Of a stretch of DNA of 64,000 nucleotides, positions 1 to 10,334 are shown in pieces. Within the stretch, counting starts at the first letter, position 1; every line of letters begins with the position of its first letter. A model generated the notes under the pieces. The model saw only the letters and a program-made list of their open reading frames with translations, was not told the DNA's origin and did no database searches. The translations under genes were made by a program, and so were the position numbers. The DNA comes from Pseudomonadota bacterium (GTDB lineage Bacteria; Pseudomonadota; Alphaproteobacteria; Acetobacterales; Acetobacteraceae), in NCBI GenBank assembly GCA_021805565.1, contig JAJZFA010000059.1, positions 1,125 through 65,124 of the forward strand, in the 5' to 3' direction.

Positions 1-78
1 CGCGAACATTACCGAAAGCTATGTCGGCGCGAAGGGTTTTATGGGCATTTTAAAACGCACTCATCGCCAAATCCGCCT

Positions 79-1134
<1,056 letters not shown>

Positions 1135-1155
1135 TTATGGCGGAAGTGGCGCCGA

Positions 1156-1851
1156 TTATCCACCCGGCGATCGGTGCGCGCCGGAGGAGGCGGACGGTTT
1201 CGGCGGAATGACTGTCAGCCGGCGCATTCCGTCGCGAAGTTTAACGAAGCTGGGTGACCGATTGGCTTCGGGGTCAAGATGCGGGCCGATCCTGTCGGCC
1301 CATTGGTGCTTAATCTGTCCGGGCAGCGGCCAGCCGGCTTTACGAACCGCGGCCGAACCTCCGGGATGAACCGCGTCGGCAAGCCGTTCCCAGGTGCCGC
1401 AGACGGAATCCTGGACATAGGCATCGAGTATGGGTAACCGGGCATTCGGGTATGCGCGTAGCAATGCGGCACGGTCGCCGAAATACCTTGCCTCTGTTTC
1501 CTCGATCGCCAGGCGGAACAGCGCGATCGAGGCGGCACTGCAGGCGGTAGCAAGGGATCTCAGTTCCGACAGGAATGTCACGCGATCGCGATCATCCGCG
1601 TCAAGCACCACGACGACGGCATCGACCCCTGGCGTTTTGACGTAGCCTCGCAGCAAGCGGGGCAGTTGATCGAGCAGAATTCGTTTCGACGAATCGGCCG
1701 ATGACGAAAGCCCAACGGGGATTCGGCCGATACCACGGTAGGAATGGATCCGCCATGTATGCGGTTCGGAAGGTGCGCCGATCAACTTTGGCAGGAGATG
1801 TTCCAGCAACCGGGCGCCCGAACTGTCCTCGGTCAGAATTTCGATGTGCAT
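1156..1851 (-). CDS. Small TOPRIM-like protein (resembles Pfam DUF4276 from memory), partner of the upstream ATPase
   Basis: 231-aa ORF with ATG at 1851, only 2 nt after the stop of the ATPase gene. It has an N-terminal acidic strand MHIEILTED and a hydrophobic strand followed by DxD (VVVVLDADDRD, nt 1591-1602), which is the Glu...DxD layout of TOPRIM folds. No other recognisable domain. Confidence 0.7.
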   Translation of the reverse strand: MHIEILTEDSSGARLLEHLLPKLIGAPSEPHTWRIHSYRGIGRIPVGLSSSADSSKRILLDQLPRLLRGYVKTPGVDAVVVVLDADDRDRVTFLSELRSLATACSAASIALFRLAIEETEARYFGDRAALLRAYPNARLPILDAYVQDSVCGTWERLADAVHPGGSAAVRKAGWPLPGQIKHQWADRIGPHLDPEANRSPSFVKLRDGMRRLTVIPPKPSASSGAHRSPGG

Positions 1852-1853
1852 AA

Positions 1854-3083
1854 CTATGGTGAATCAAGATAGTCGCTGTACCAAAGGCCGCCTAGCGGAA
1901 GACCTTCGGCAACGAGATTTTTGACGATTTCCAGGTCCGAGACATGCCGAACCGCCGAAAATCCGTCAGCCGACTTTTCCAGTATCCAGACTTCCTCGGG
2001 GCTTAGCGCATCGACGAAATAGGGTTGGTGGGTGGTAACGAAAATCTGCGGCGCGTTCCGTCTCCCTGTTGCATGCACCCGGAATTCGCGTGCAAGGGTT
2101 TCCAGGAGTTTGTGATACAGGCCGTTTTCAGGCTCCTCGATACAGATGAACGGCGGCGGATCGGGGTCTTCCAACAGTAGCAGGTAGGTAAACAACTTGA
2201 GCGTGCCGTCCGACATCTGCTGGGCAAAAAACGGATCGTGAAAGCCGGCGTCGTTGAACCGTAACAGAACCCGTTTGTCCTCAGTCACGTGCGTGTCGAT
2301 AGTCCTGATTCCGGGTATGCGCTCAGCGATCCGTCGTAAAATGAAATCGAAACGATCCTTATGCTCCCGCTGCATGAACTGCACGACATTGCCGAGATTG
2401 TCGCCGTGGCTGTTCAAGTGCGCCTGCGGTCCGGCGACCGGCAAACCCCTGGCGGCGTTCGGTTCAAAGTAAGACAGGTACCAGGCCTTCAGGAATTCCC
2501 GAAAGCGGGTAATGCGCGGGTGGTCGCGTAACGTGCCCAACGTCGCGATTCCAAGTTGCCGCATGTCGGTCAGCGCGACCGGCATGCGTTCGTTGGATTC
2601 CTCGCCTTCCACCTCGACTGCGTCCTCGCCCGCCCATACTTCCCCCATTCCGTGTTCCAGACGAAGAAACGGGAACGGGCGCCCGTAACGAGCCCCCTGG
2701 CGGCGTTGCAGCAGCACTTCGGACGCAACAAACGGACGCCCGGACCGATCCAGATCAACAGCGAGTTGGTAAGTAATTGGCCGCTGGTTCTGGGCTTCCC
2801 GGTAGTAAATTTCGAAACGAATCGGTTCTTGAATGCCCCGCGATCGCAGGCGATCGAAGCCGCCGCGCTGCTCTTTGTCGCACGCGGCTTCGACGCCGAT
2901 GGTTAGAGAATCGGCCAGAAAGCCAAGCGCGTCGAAAAGTGTGCTTTTGCCCGCGCCGTTCTTGCCGATGACGACGGTCAACGGCGTAAGCGCGGCTGCG
3001 TCGCCGTCACCCGATAGGCGTCCAAGCGTGACGTCGCACAACGACCTGTAGTTCTGAATGCGGAAACCCTCGATCAGTGCCAT
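1854..3083 (-). CDS. ABC/SMC-type AAA ATPase (AAA_15/AAA_21-like)
   Basis: 409-aa ORF. Walker A GKNGAGKST (nt 2940-2966), signature-like QMSDGT, Walker B PPFICIEEPENGLY and H-loop FVTTHQP, with a long insert between Walker A and the signature as in OLD/AbiL/PARIS-type ATPases. Hand-counted GC on three 60-nt lines is 52-55 %, against 67 % for one ilvC line. Confidence 0.85.
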   Translation of the reverse strand: MALIEGFRIQNYRSLCDVTLGRLSGDGDAAALTPLTVVIGKNGAGKSTLFDALGFLADSLTIGVEAACDKEQRGGFDRLRSRGIQEPIRFEIYYREAQNQRPITYQLAVDLDRSGRPFVASEVLLQRRQGARYGRPFPFLRLEHGMGEVWAGEDAVEVEGEESNERMPVALTDMRQLGIATLGTLRDHPRITRFREFLKAWYLSYFEPNAARGLPVAGPQAHLNSHGDNLGNVVQFMQREHKDRFDFILRRIAERIPGIRTIDTHVTEDKRVLLRFNDAGFHDPFFAQQMSDGTLKLFTYLLLLEDPDPPPFICIEEPENGLYHKLLETLAREFRVHATGRRNAPQIFVTTHQPYFVDALSPEEVWILEKSADGFSAVRHVSDLEIVKNLVAEGLPLGGLWYSDYLDSP

Positions 3084-3151
3084 CGCTCATCCTGTGCGGT
3101 TCCAGCACGAAATGGAAGGTTTCTCGAATGGCCCATCTCGTTGCGATACAG

Positions 3152-3670
3152 TCAGATAACACGACTGCCGCGGGCCAGCGCGGCAATCCCGCTGCGGGAC
3201 ACCTCGGCCAACCCCAAATCCCGCATCAGTTCGATGAACGCATCGATTTTGTCGGTCGCGCCAGTCAGTTCGAAAACGAAACTGCCCAGCGTCGTATCGA
3301 CCACATGGGCGCGGAACGTATCGGCGATGCGCATCGCCTCAACTCGCCGCTCGCCCGTCCCGATCACTTTGATCAGCGCCAGTTCGCGCGCCACATGCGG
3401 CCCGTCCATGGTCAGGTCGGCGACGCGATGCACCGGCACCAGCCGGTCCAGTTGCGCCTTGATCTGTTCGATCACCATGCTTGTGCCGGACGTAACAACA
3501 TTGATGCGGCTGTGCAGCCCGGCGGCATCGACCGGCGCGACCGTCAGGCTGTCGATATTGTAACCGCGGCCGGAAAACAGGCCGATGACGCGCGCCAGCA
3601 CGCCGGATTCGTTATCCACCAGGACCGAAATGGTTGCGCTGCGCGGGGTCGTGTCAGTGGGGCTGAGCAT
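3152..3670 (-). CDS. ilvH: Acetolactate synthase small (regulatory) subunit
   Basis: ACT-domain motif ISVLVDNESGVLARVIGLFSGRGYNIDSLTV. The track ORF (3152-3796) is trimmed to the internal ATG (MLSPTD...) so that it does not overlap ilvI. Start is uncertain (alternative 3721). Confidence 0.9.
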   Translation of the reverse strand: MLSPTDTTPRSATISVLVDNESGVLARVIGLFSGRGYNIDSLTVAPVDAAGLHSRINVVTSGTSMVIEQIKAQLDRLVPVHRVADLTMDGPHVARELALIKVIGTGERRVEAMRIADTFRAHVVDTTLGSFVFELTGATDKIDAFIELMRDLGLAEVSRSGIAALARGSRVI

Positions 3671-3758
3671 CGGATAAACCAGGGTGCGGGGGAAAGTGTG
3701 ATCCGGACGCGGCGGCGTCATGCCCTGCCGCGTCAGGATAGGCAAGAGACAGCAGCGA

Positions 3759-5537
3759 TCAGACCAGCGCCATGCCTGCATCGGTAATGCCGGCACCGGA
3801 TTCCTCGTGTTCAGGCCCCAGCAGCATCTCGTTATGCGCCGCGCCGCTGGGGATCATCGGAAAGCAATTTTCCGCCTGATCCACCGCGATGTCGGCGATT
3901 ACAGCGGTCGGGCAGTCCAGCATTGCGTTGATCACGGCGTCCAGCTCATCGACCGACTGCGCCCGCATTCCGGTTGCATGAAACGAGTCCGCCAGCTTCA
4001 CGAAATCGGGTAGCGCCGCCGAATAGGTTTCCGAATAACGGCTGCCATGCAGCAATTCCTGCCACTGGCGCACCATGCCCATATACTGGTTGTTTAGAAT
4101 GAACACTTTCACCGGCAGGCGGTATTGCGCCAGGGTGCCCATTTCTTGAATGTTCATCAGAATGGAGGCCTCGCCGGCGATATCTATCACGCAGGCATCT
4201 GGATACGCGATTTGCACCCCCATCGCCGCCGGCAATCCGTATCCCATGGTGCCCAGGCCGCCCGATGTCATCCAGCGATTCGGCTTGTCGAAGTGAAAGT
4301 GCTGCGCCGCCCACATCTGGTGCTGCCCGACTTCCGTGGTGATGAACACGTCCTTGCTTCGGGCGCGCGTAATCTCAAACAGGCGCTGGATGGCATATTG
4401 CGGCTTGATGATCCCGCCGCGCGCCATGTTCTGGGTGAACTTCAGGCTGTCCTTGCCCCGCCACGTGTCGATCTGCCGCCACCACGATGCCAGCGCGGGC
4501 TTGTCGGACGGCGCGTCGCTGGCTTGCCAGGCCGCCACCAAAGCGGCCAGCGCCTTGCCGGCATCGGCGATGATGGGCACCTCGACCGGGACGTTCTTGT
4601 TGATCGACGACCCATCGATATCGATGTGGATCTTCCGGGAATCCGGGCTGAACGCATTCAACCGCCCGGTCACCCGGTCGTCGAACCGGGCGCCCACCGC
4701 CAACAGCATGTCGCAGCCGTGCATGGCCAGGTTGGCCTCGTACGTGCCGTGCATTCCCAGCATGCCCAGAAATTGCGGGTCGCTCGCCGGATAGCAGCCC
4801 AGCCCCATCAGCGTATTGGTAACCGGAAACCCGGTCATCCGGGCAAGCCGCGTCAATGCGTCCGACGCGGCCGGCCCGGCATTGATGACGCCGCCGCCGG
4901 CATAGATCATCGGCCGTTTCGCCTGCTTCATCAGCGCGACGGCCTTGGCGATCTGGCCCAGATCGGGCTCGGTCCGCGGACGATAGCTGGCGTGCTGGAC
5001 CGCCGGTTCGGCATACGGCGCCTTGTTGATGACGATGTCCTTGGGGAGATCGACCACCACCGGGCCGGGCCGGCCGCTGCGGGCAACATAGAACGCCTCA
5101 TGCACGACGCGCGCGAGGTCCTCGCCGCGCTTGACCAGATAATTGTGTTTCGTCGCCGGCCGCGTAATGCCGGTGGTGTCGGCTTCCTGGAATGCATCGT
5201 TGCCGATCAGATGCGTCGGCACCTGACCGGTCAGGCATACCAGCGGGATGCTGTCCATCAGCGCGTCCACCAGACCCGTAACCGCGTTGGTCGCGCCCGG
5301 CCCCGATGTCACCAGAACCACGCCGACCTTGCCGGTGGACCTTGCATAGCCTTCTGCCGCATGTACCGCCGCCTGTTCGTGCCGCACCAGGATGTGACGG
5401 ATGGCGTTCTGCTGAAACAACGCATCATAAATCGGCAGGACCGCGCCGCCGGGATAGCCGAAAATAACCTCAACGCCCTGATCCTTAAGGGCACGAAGAA
5501 GGATTTCCGCTCCCGACTGAGTCCATTCCGCCGACAT
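3759..5537 (-). CDS. ilvI: Acetolactate synthase large (catalytic) subunit, TPP-dependent
   Basis: Full-length AHAS: SGAEILLRALKDQGVEVIFGYPGGAVLPIYDAL and the TPP-binding GGLGTMGYGLPAAMG...NNQYMGMVRQWQ. Start set at the ATG giving MSAEWTQ (the longest ORF reaches 5597 and would overlap miaA). Confidence 0.95.
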   Translation of the reverse strand: MSAEWTQSGAEILLRALKDQGVEVIFGYPGGAVLPIYDALFQQNAIRHILVRHEQAAVHAAEGYARSTGKVGVVLVTSGPGATNAVTGLVDALMDSIPLVCLTGQVPTHLIGNDAFQEADTTGITRPATKHNYLVKRGEDLARVVHEAFYVARSGRPGPVVVDLPKDIVINKAPYAEPAVQHASYRPRTEPDLGQIAKAVALMKQAKRPMIYAGGGVINAGPAASDALTRLARMTGFPVTNTLMGLGCYPASDPQFLGMLGMHGTYEANLAMHGCDMLLAVGARFDDRVTGRLNAFSPDSRKIHIDIDGSSINKNVPVEVPIIADAGKALAALVAAWQASDAPSDKPALASWWRQIDTWRGKDSLKFTQNMARGGIIKPQYAIQRLFEITRARSKDVFITTEVGQHQMWAAQHFHFDKPNRWMTSGGLGTMGYGLPAAMGVQIAYPDACVIDIAGEASILMNIQEMGTLAQYRLPVKVFILNNQYMGMVRQWQELLHGSRYSETYSAALPDFVKLADSFHATGMRAQSVDELDAVINAMLDCPTAVIADIAVDQAENCFPMIPSGAAHNEMLLGPEHEESGAGITDAGMALV

Positions 5538-5593
5538 ATGTCCGGCTCCCATTGCTGAAGACGGCGGACGGATAGGCCCACAAGGCGGCAGGG

Positions 5594-6553
5594 TCAATCC
5601 TCGCTTTCAATAAATGTGAACAAATCGCGGCGTTCACTTTCTGAAAATTGCTGAACTGAACAAACTCTCGAATGAATAATGCGTACGCGGGTCTGCGGTG
5701 CAAGTGTGCGATGACGGAACCACGTCGCCTGGCGCTTGGTGTAATGACTGGTTACCTGTTCCGTGCGCTGACCAGCCTGGTCCAGGGTCAGCGTGCCGCG
5801 AAGGTAAGCCGATAGTTCCGGAACACCGTGCGCGCGCATCGCCGGCAGGCTGGGATCGAGACCCAGCGTCAGAAAGTTGCGGACTTCGTCCAGTGCGCCG
5901 TCGCGCAGCATGGTGCCGAAGCGGGTCGCGATGGCGACGCGCAGTGCGTCGCGGGGTGGATCGAGCAAAATCGCCGTAAACCGCCAGGGTGCCGGCGTTC
6001 CCTGGCGTGCCTGCCACGCCGCGAGACCGATCCCGGTACTCCGCCAGACTTCCCAGGCCCGAGCTATTCGCTGGCCGTCCCCGGTATTCAGGCGCGCGGC
6101 GGTTGCGGGATCGATCCGCGCCAGACTGGCATGCAACGCGGCCGGACCCTGGTCCGCCAGCAGACGCCTCGCCTCCGCACGGGCGTCCTGACCTGGATCG
6201 GGAATATCGGCGAGGCCGCCGGTCAGTGCGGCGAAATACATCCCGGTGCCGCCCGTCAGAATGGGCATACGGCCGGCCGCGTGAATGTCTTCCATCGCCG
6301 AAAGGGCCTGCTGGCGCCACCACGCTACACTGCCGGCTTCGGCTGCCGGACGGACGCCATACAAACGATGCGGCACCTGGGCTTCTTCCCCTGGCGTGGG
6401 CCGCGCGGTTAAAATCCGTAGTTCCCGGTACACCTGCATCGAGTCGGTGTTGACGATCGTTCCGCCCAGTTGTTCGGCAATACCAAGCGCGAGCGCCGAT
6501 TTTCCGCTCGCGGTCGGGCCGGCGACGATCAATGCTTTGGGCAGCGAGGCCAT
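5594..6553 (-). CDS. miaA: tRNA dimethylallyltransferase
   Basis: 319 aa. P-loop GPTASGKSALAL followed by DSMQVYRELRILTARP, typical of MiaA. Confidence 0.93.
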   Translation of the reverse strand: MASLPKALIVAGPTASGKSALALGIAEQLGGTIVNTDSMQVYRELRILTARPTPGEEAQVPHRLYGVRPAAEAGSVAWWRQQALSAMEDIHAAGRMPILTGGTGMYFAALTGGLADIPDPGQDARAEARRLLADQGPAALHASLARIDPATAARLNTGDGQRIARAWEVWRSTGIGLAAWQARQGTPAPWRFTAILLDPPRDALRVAIATRFGTMLRDGALDEVRNFLTLGLDPSLPAMRAHGVPELSAYLRGTLTLDQAGQRTEQVTSHYTKRQATWFRHRTLAPQTRVRIIHSRVCSVQQFSESERRDLFTFIESED

Positions 6554-6822
6554 CGCCGGTCTCTATCGAACGAACAGCCGGCCCATCGGCCGTAGCGGCA
6601 GGTCGAACCAAATGGGCGCTTTACCCGCTTCAGGCATTGCGTCCCGCCGGTCTGCCGCCGAAGTCCGACGATGAAACGAACATGCCGTACTGGTCATCGT
6701 GAGTCCTTTCCCGAAAAGCCAATTCATTAAGCGATCCAAGCGCCGCGCATTGGCGGCGCCAGGGCGGCCACCCAAGCATTCGCTTGCGTGACACAAAGGT
6801 GGCTGTCAGGGTCCGCGTCATC

Positions 6823-7698
6823 ATGTCTTATATATTGACCGTCGTCGCCCAGCGGGAGGCCACCAGCCTGACCCCCGTGCTTCTCAATCATATTCGCAAT
6901 GCCGTGCGCGGCGCGCCGCCAATTGTCCTTTCCGCCGGGGAAGCCGCCGATATCCCGCTGACCGCGCCGTTCGATCCGGCCGCGCTGCACGCGGCGTTGG
7001 ACGGCAAACCCATCGATGCCATCGTGACCAAGACGCGTGGGCGGCGCAAGGCGCTGCTGGTCGCCGACATGGACAGTACTATTGTCACCGGGGAGACCCT
7101 GGACGAACTGGCCACGTTCGCCGGCGTTGGGGACAAGATCGCCGCGATTACCAAGCGCGCGATGAACGGCGAGATCGACTTCAAGGCCGCGCTTCGCGCG
7201 CGTGTCGCGATGCTGAAAGGTCTTGATACCGGCGCGTTAGAAAGTACCTGGCGCCAGATCCGCCTTACCCCAGGCGCTCGGGAACTTGTCGCCACCATGC
7301 GCTCAAAAGGAGCGTTGACCGCGCTGGTGTCCGGCGGATTCACCTTTTTCACCGGCAAGGTCGCGGCCGAACTGGGATTCGACGTGCATCGGTCCAACAT
7401 GCTGCTGGACGATGGCGCGGTGCTGACGGGGGAAGTCGGGGAACCAATCCTCGATCGTGACAGCAAGCGCGCGGCCCTGACCGAACTGGCGGTTCAACGG
7501 GGTATCAGGCTGCATGCCACCCTGGCGGTTGGTGACGGGGCGAACGATCTGGATATGATCCGGGCCGCCGGCCTGGGTGTGGCGTTCCATGCCAAGCCGG
7601 TCGTGGCGAAAGAAGCTGGGGCGAAGGTCGAATATGCCGATTTGCGGGCGCTGCTGTTTGCGCAGGGTTATCCGGCTTCCGCTTTCGTCACGCCCTGA
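6823..7698 (+). CDS. serB: Phosphoserine phosphatase (HAD family)
   Basis: HAD motif I DMDSTIV, motif VSGGF and GDGANDL. Start placed at the internal ATG 6823 (MSYILTVV); the track ORF starts at 6784. Confidence 0.9.
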   Translation: MSYILTVVAQREATSLTPVLLNHIRNAVRGAPPIVLSAGEAADIPLTAPFDPAALHAALDGKPIDAIVTKTRGRRKALLVADMDSTIVTGETLDELATFAGVGDKIAAITKRAMNGEIDFKAALRARVAMLKGLDTGALESTWRQIRLTPGARELVATMRSKGALTALVSGGFTFFTGKVAAELGFDVHRSNMLLDDGAVLTGEVGEPILDRDSKRAALTELAVQRGIRLHATLAVGDGANDLDMIRAAGLGVAFHAKPVVAKEAGAKVEYADLRALLFAQGYPASAFVTP

Positions 7699-7762
7699 GT
7701 GCGGAATTCTCCGTGTTTGGATTGCGGTGGCCAACCCGCCCTGAGCAACGGTTGACCGGCCG

Positions 7763-7790
7763 CATTACCGGCGTGCTGACGCCGGTAATG
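7763..7790. terminator. Perfect 11-bp stem hairpin between convergent serB and degP-like genes
   Basis: CATTACCGGCG-tgctga-CGCCGGTAATG read directly from the sequence. It sits in the 104-nt convergent gap. There is no clear U-tract, so terminator function is inferred. Confidence 0.5.
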
Positions 7791-7802
7791 CCGATCCTGC
7801 CG

Positions 7803-9341
7803 TTATCCCGGCTGCTTGTCCTTGCCGGCTGGGGCTTTGGACAGCGACAACGGCACATATTGGACGCCGCCCTCACGTTGGACCAGCATCAGCACAAACT
7901 TCCGATCGGCCTTGCGGGCTGCCTCCACCTGTTTTTGCACGTCATCCGGAGTGGAAACCTCTGCCTGTTGCACCTCCACGATAACATCGCCCGGCTTTAA
8001 GCCCCGTTCCGCCGCCGACGTATTCGGGGACACATCGGTGATGACGACACCCTTCTGACCGTCCTGAAGCTGGAACTTCTCCTTTATGTCCGGTGTCATC
8101 GGCGCCACCTTAAGCCCCAGACCGGCGATGCTGGTGGGCTTGGCTGCATCCGCCGGCTTTCCCGCATCGGCCGAGGCAAGCTGTGCGTCGGCCGGCCGTT
8201 CCGCCAGCGTGGTCTGCACGATGAGTTCCTTGCCATCGCGCCATAGCACCACCGGCACATCCTTGCCCACGTCGGCGTCCGCGACGATGCGCGGCAGATT
8301 GTGCATTTCCTTCACGTCCTGGCCATCGAACTTCAGGATGATGTCGCCGGCGCGGATTTTCGATTTCTCGGCCGGTCCGCCGTCGGTAACCCCGGCAACC
8401 ATTGCGCCGGATGCGTCCTTCAACCCCAGGCTTTCCGCGATATCTGGCGTCACCTGCTGAATTTTGACCCCGAGCCAGCCGCGCCGGGCATGGCCATATT
8501 GCTTGATTTGGGCGATGGTCAGCTTCGCCATGTTGGATGGGATCGAGAAGCCGATACCGATCGATCCACCCGACGGCGAGAAGATTGCCGTATTGATGCC
8601 GATCACCTGCCCGTCCATGTTGAACAGCGGGCCACCGGAATTCCCGCGGTTGATCGCCGCGTCGGTTTGGATGAAATCGTCATACTGGCCCTGATGGATG
8701 TCGCGCCCGCGCGCCGAAACGATTCCGGCGGTGACAGTGCCGCCCAGCCCGAACGGATTGCCGATCGCCAGCACCCAGTCGCCGACGCGGGATTGGCTGG
8801 AATCGCCGAAATCGACGGTCGGCAAGGGCTTGTCGGATTTGACCTTCAGCAGTGCCAGATCGCCGCTTTCATCGCGCCCGACGATCTCGGCCTTCAGGGT
8901 CGTGCCGTCCTGAAGCGTGACGGATACCTCATCGGCGCCCTCGATGACGTGGTTGTTGGTCACGACGTAACCCGCCGGATCGATGATGAAGCCCGACCCC
9001 AGACTTTGTGCCCGGCGTGCCGGGGCGGCCGGGCCGTCCTCGCCGCCGCCCTGACCCTGATGGTTATGGTTGAGGAAGTCCTTGAAGAACTGTTCGAACG
9101 GCGAACCCGGCGGAAATGTGGGCATTTCCGGCGTTGCGTTCGGGTTACCGGCCTTGGCGGCGATGGTCTGACTGGACGACACGTTGACCACGGCAGGCAG
9201 TAATTTCGCGGCCAGATCGGCGAAGCTGTCCGGGGCGCCGCGGGCGGTGGCTGGTTGCACCCATGAGGCGACCGGCGCGGTCAGCGCGAATGACAAACCC
9301 AGCAAGGCAGCGCGGGCGGCGGTGGGACGGAACAGGCGCAT
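7803..9341 (-). CDS. Periplasmic serine endoprotease, DegP/DegQ (Do) family, two PDZ domains
   Basis: Signal peptide MRLFRPTAARAALLGLSFALTAPVASW. Trypsin-like catalytic motifs TNNHV, DLALLK and GNSGGPLF. Two PDZ-like segments. Start at the ATG at 9341. Confidence 0.92.
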   Translation of the reverse strand: MRLFRPTAARAALLGLSFALTAPVASWVQPATARGAPDSFADLAAKLLPAVVNVSSSQTIAAKAGNPNATPEMPTFPPGSPFEQFFKDFLNHNHQGQGGGEDGPAAPARRAQSLGSGFIIDPAGYVVTNNHVIEGADEVSVTLQDGTTLKAEIVGRDESGDLALLKVKSDKPLPTVDFGDSSQSRVGDWVLAIGNPFGLGGTVTAGIVSARGRDIHQGQYDDFIQTDAAINRGNSGGPLFNMDGQVIGINTAIFSPSGGSIGIGFSIPSNMAKLTIAQIKQYGHARRGWLGVKIQQVTPDIAESLGLKDASGAMVAGVTDGGPAEKSKIRAGDIILKFDGQDVKEMHNLPRIVADADVGKDVPVVLWRDGKELIVQTTLAERPADAQLASADAGKPADAAKPTSIAGLGLKVAPMTPDIKEKFQLQDGQKGVVITDVSPNTSAAERGLKPGDVIVEVQQAEVSTPDDVQKQVEAARKADRKFVLMLVQREGGVQYVPLSLSKAPAGKDKQPG

Positions 9342-9437
9342 GATCGGGTTTCCTGGCGAGTTGGCCGCAAAAAAGTCCGGAAGCTTCAGCCTAACAGTTT
9401 TTCCAGCGCATAACACGAGACGTTCAAACACCGCCCC

Positions 9438-10334
9438 CTAATGAGCTGGGTCGGGCCTGGGCGAAAGATCGACGGGAGGCGCCTGGAGATAGCGCAAATA
9501 GTCGTTGTCCGGCGACACCACAAGGCGCGCCGCACCGCTGTCGAAGATATCGCGATAGCCCTGCATGGTCCTCCAGAATGAGAAAAACACCGGATCTTGA
9601 CCGAATGCCCTGGCATAGATCGCCGTCGCCTCGCCTTCCCCTTCGCCGCGGAGGTTGTCAGCCTTTGCCCTGGCATCGGCGACCAGCACGGTACGCTCGC
9701 GTTCGGCGTCGGCTTTGATCTTCTGCGACGCTTCGGCACCCTCCGCCCGGGCCTGAGCGGCGACACGCTGGCGTTCAGACTTCATGCGCGACAGAATCGC
9801 GTCGGTATTTTCCTGTGGCAGGTCGGCCCGGCGAATGCGGACATCGACAATCGTCACGCCGAAGTTCTGCATTTCGGTGTTCACCTGACCCCGGATGGTG
9901 GACATGATCCGCTCGCGATCGGCCGACAGCACATCCTGAAGCGTGTTGTTACCCAAAACCCGCCGGAGGCTGCCGGTGACCACCGAATTCAGCCGGCCCC
10001 TGATATTGTCCGGTATCGGGCCAATCGCCTGATAGAATCGCAGCGGATCGGTGATGCGGAACACCGTGAAGGTATCTACGATCAGCCGTCGCTGTTCCCC
10101 AAGGATCACTTCCTCGCCCGGCAGTTCTACCGCCAGCAGGCGCTTGTCGAAGGTTATGATGTTCTGCGCGACCGGCCATTTCGCGTGCAGTCCCGGGTCT
10201 TCGATTACCCGTTCCACCTTGCCGAATTGGGCGACGAGCACCTGTTCGGTCTGCGACACGGTGAACAGGCTGGCACTGGCGATAACCGCCAGGACAAAAA
10301 GGGCGGCGGCGCCCGCGATGGCGATACGGTTCAT
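9438..10334 (-). CDS. hflC: Protease modulator HflC (SPFH/band-7)
   Basis: 298 aa with an N-terminal TM helix and an SPFH domain. 4-nt overlap with the hflK stop. Confidence 0.92.
   Translation of the reverse strand: MNRIAIAGAAALFVLAVIASASLFTVSQTEQVLVAQFGKVERVIEDPGLHAKWPVAQNIITFDKRLLAVELPGEEVILGEQRRLIVDTFTVFRITDPLRFYQAIGPIPDNIRGRLNSVVTGSLRRVLGNNTLQDVLSADRERIMSTIRGQVNTEMQNFGVTIVDVRIRRADLPQENTDAILSRMKSERQRVAAQARAEGAEASQKIKADAERERTVLVADARAKADNLRGEGEGEATAIYARAFGQDPVFFSFWRTMQGYRDIFDSGAARLVVSPDNDYLRYLQAPPVDLSPRPDPAH

Noticed and set aside
4125-5558. 477-aa plus-strand ORF antisense to ilvI. The same situation applies to 33403-35115 (-), 34746-36119 (-), 31155-32192 (-), 31832-32953 (-), 47267-48655 (+), 51077-52279 (-), 54060-55454 (-), 61359-62591 (-), 15998-17023 (+), 9597-10526 (+) and 22615-23484 (-).
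   Set aside because: Each lies opposite a gene with unambiguous family motifs. The translations are Arg/Pro/Gly/Ala-rich with no motifs. Long stop-free antisense frames are expected at this GC content.
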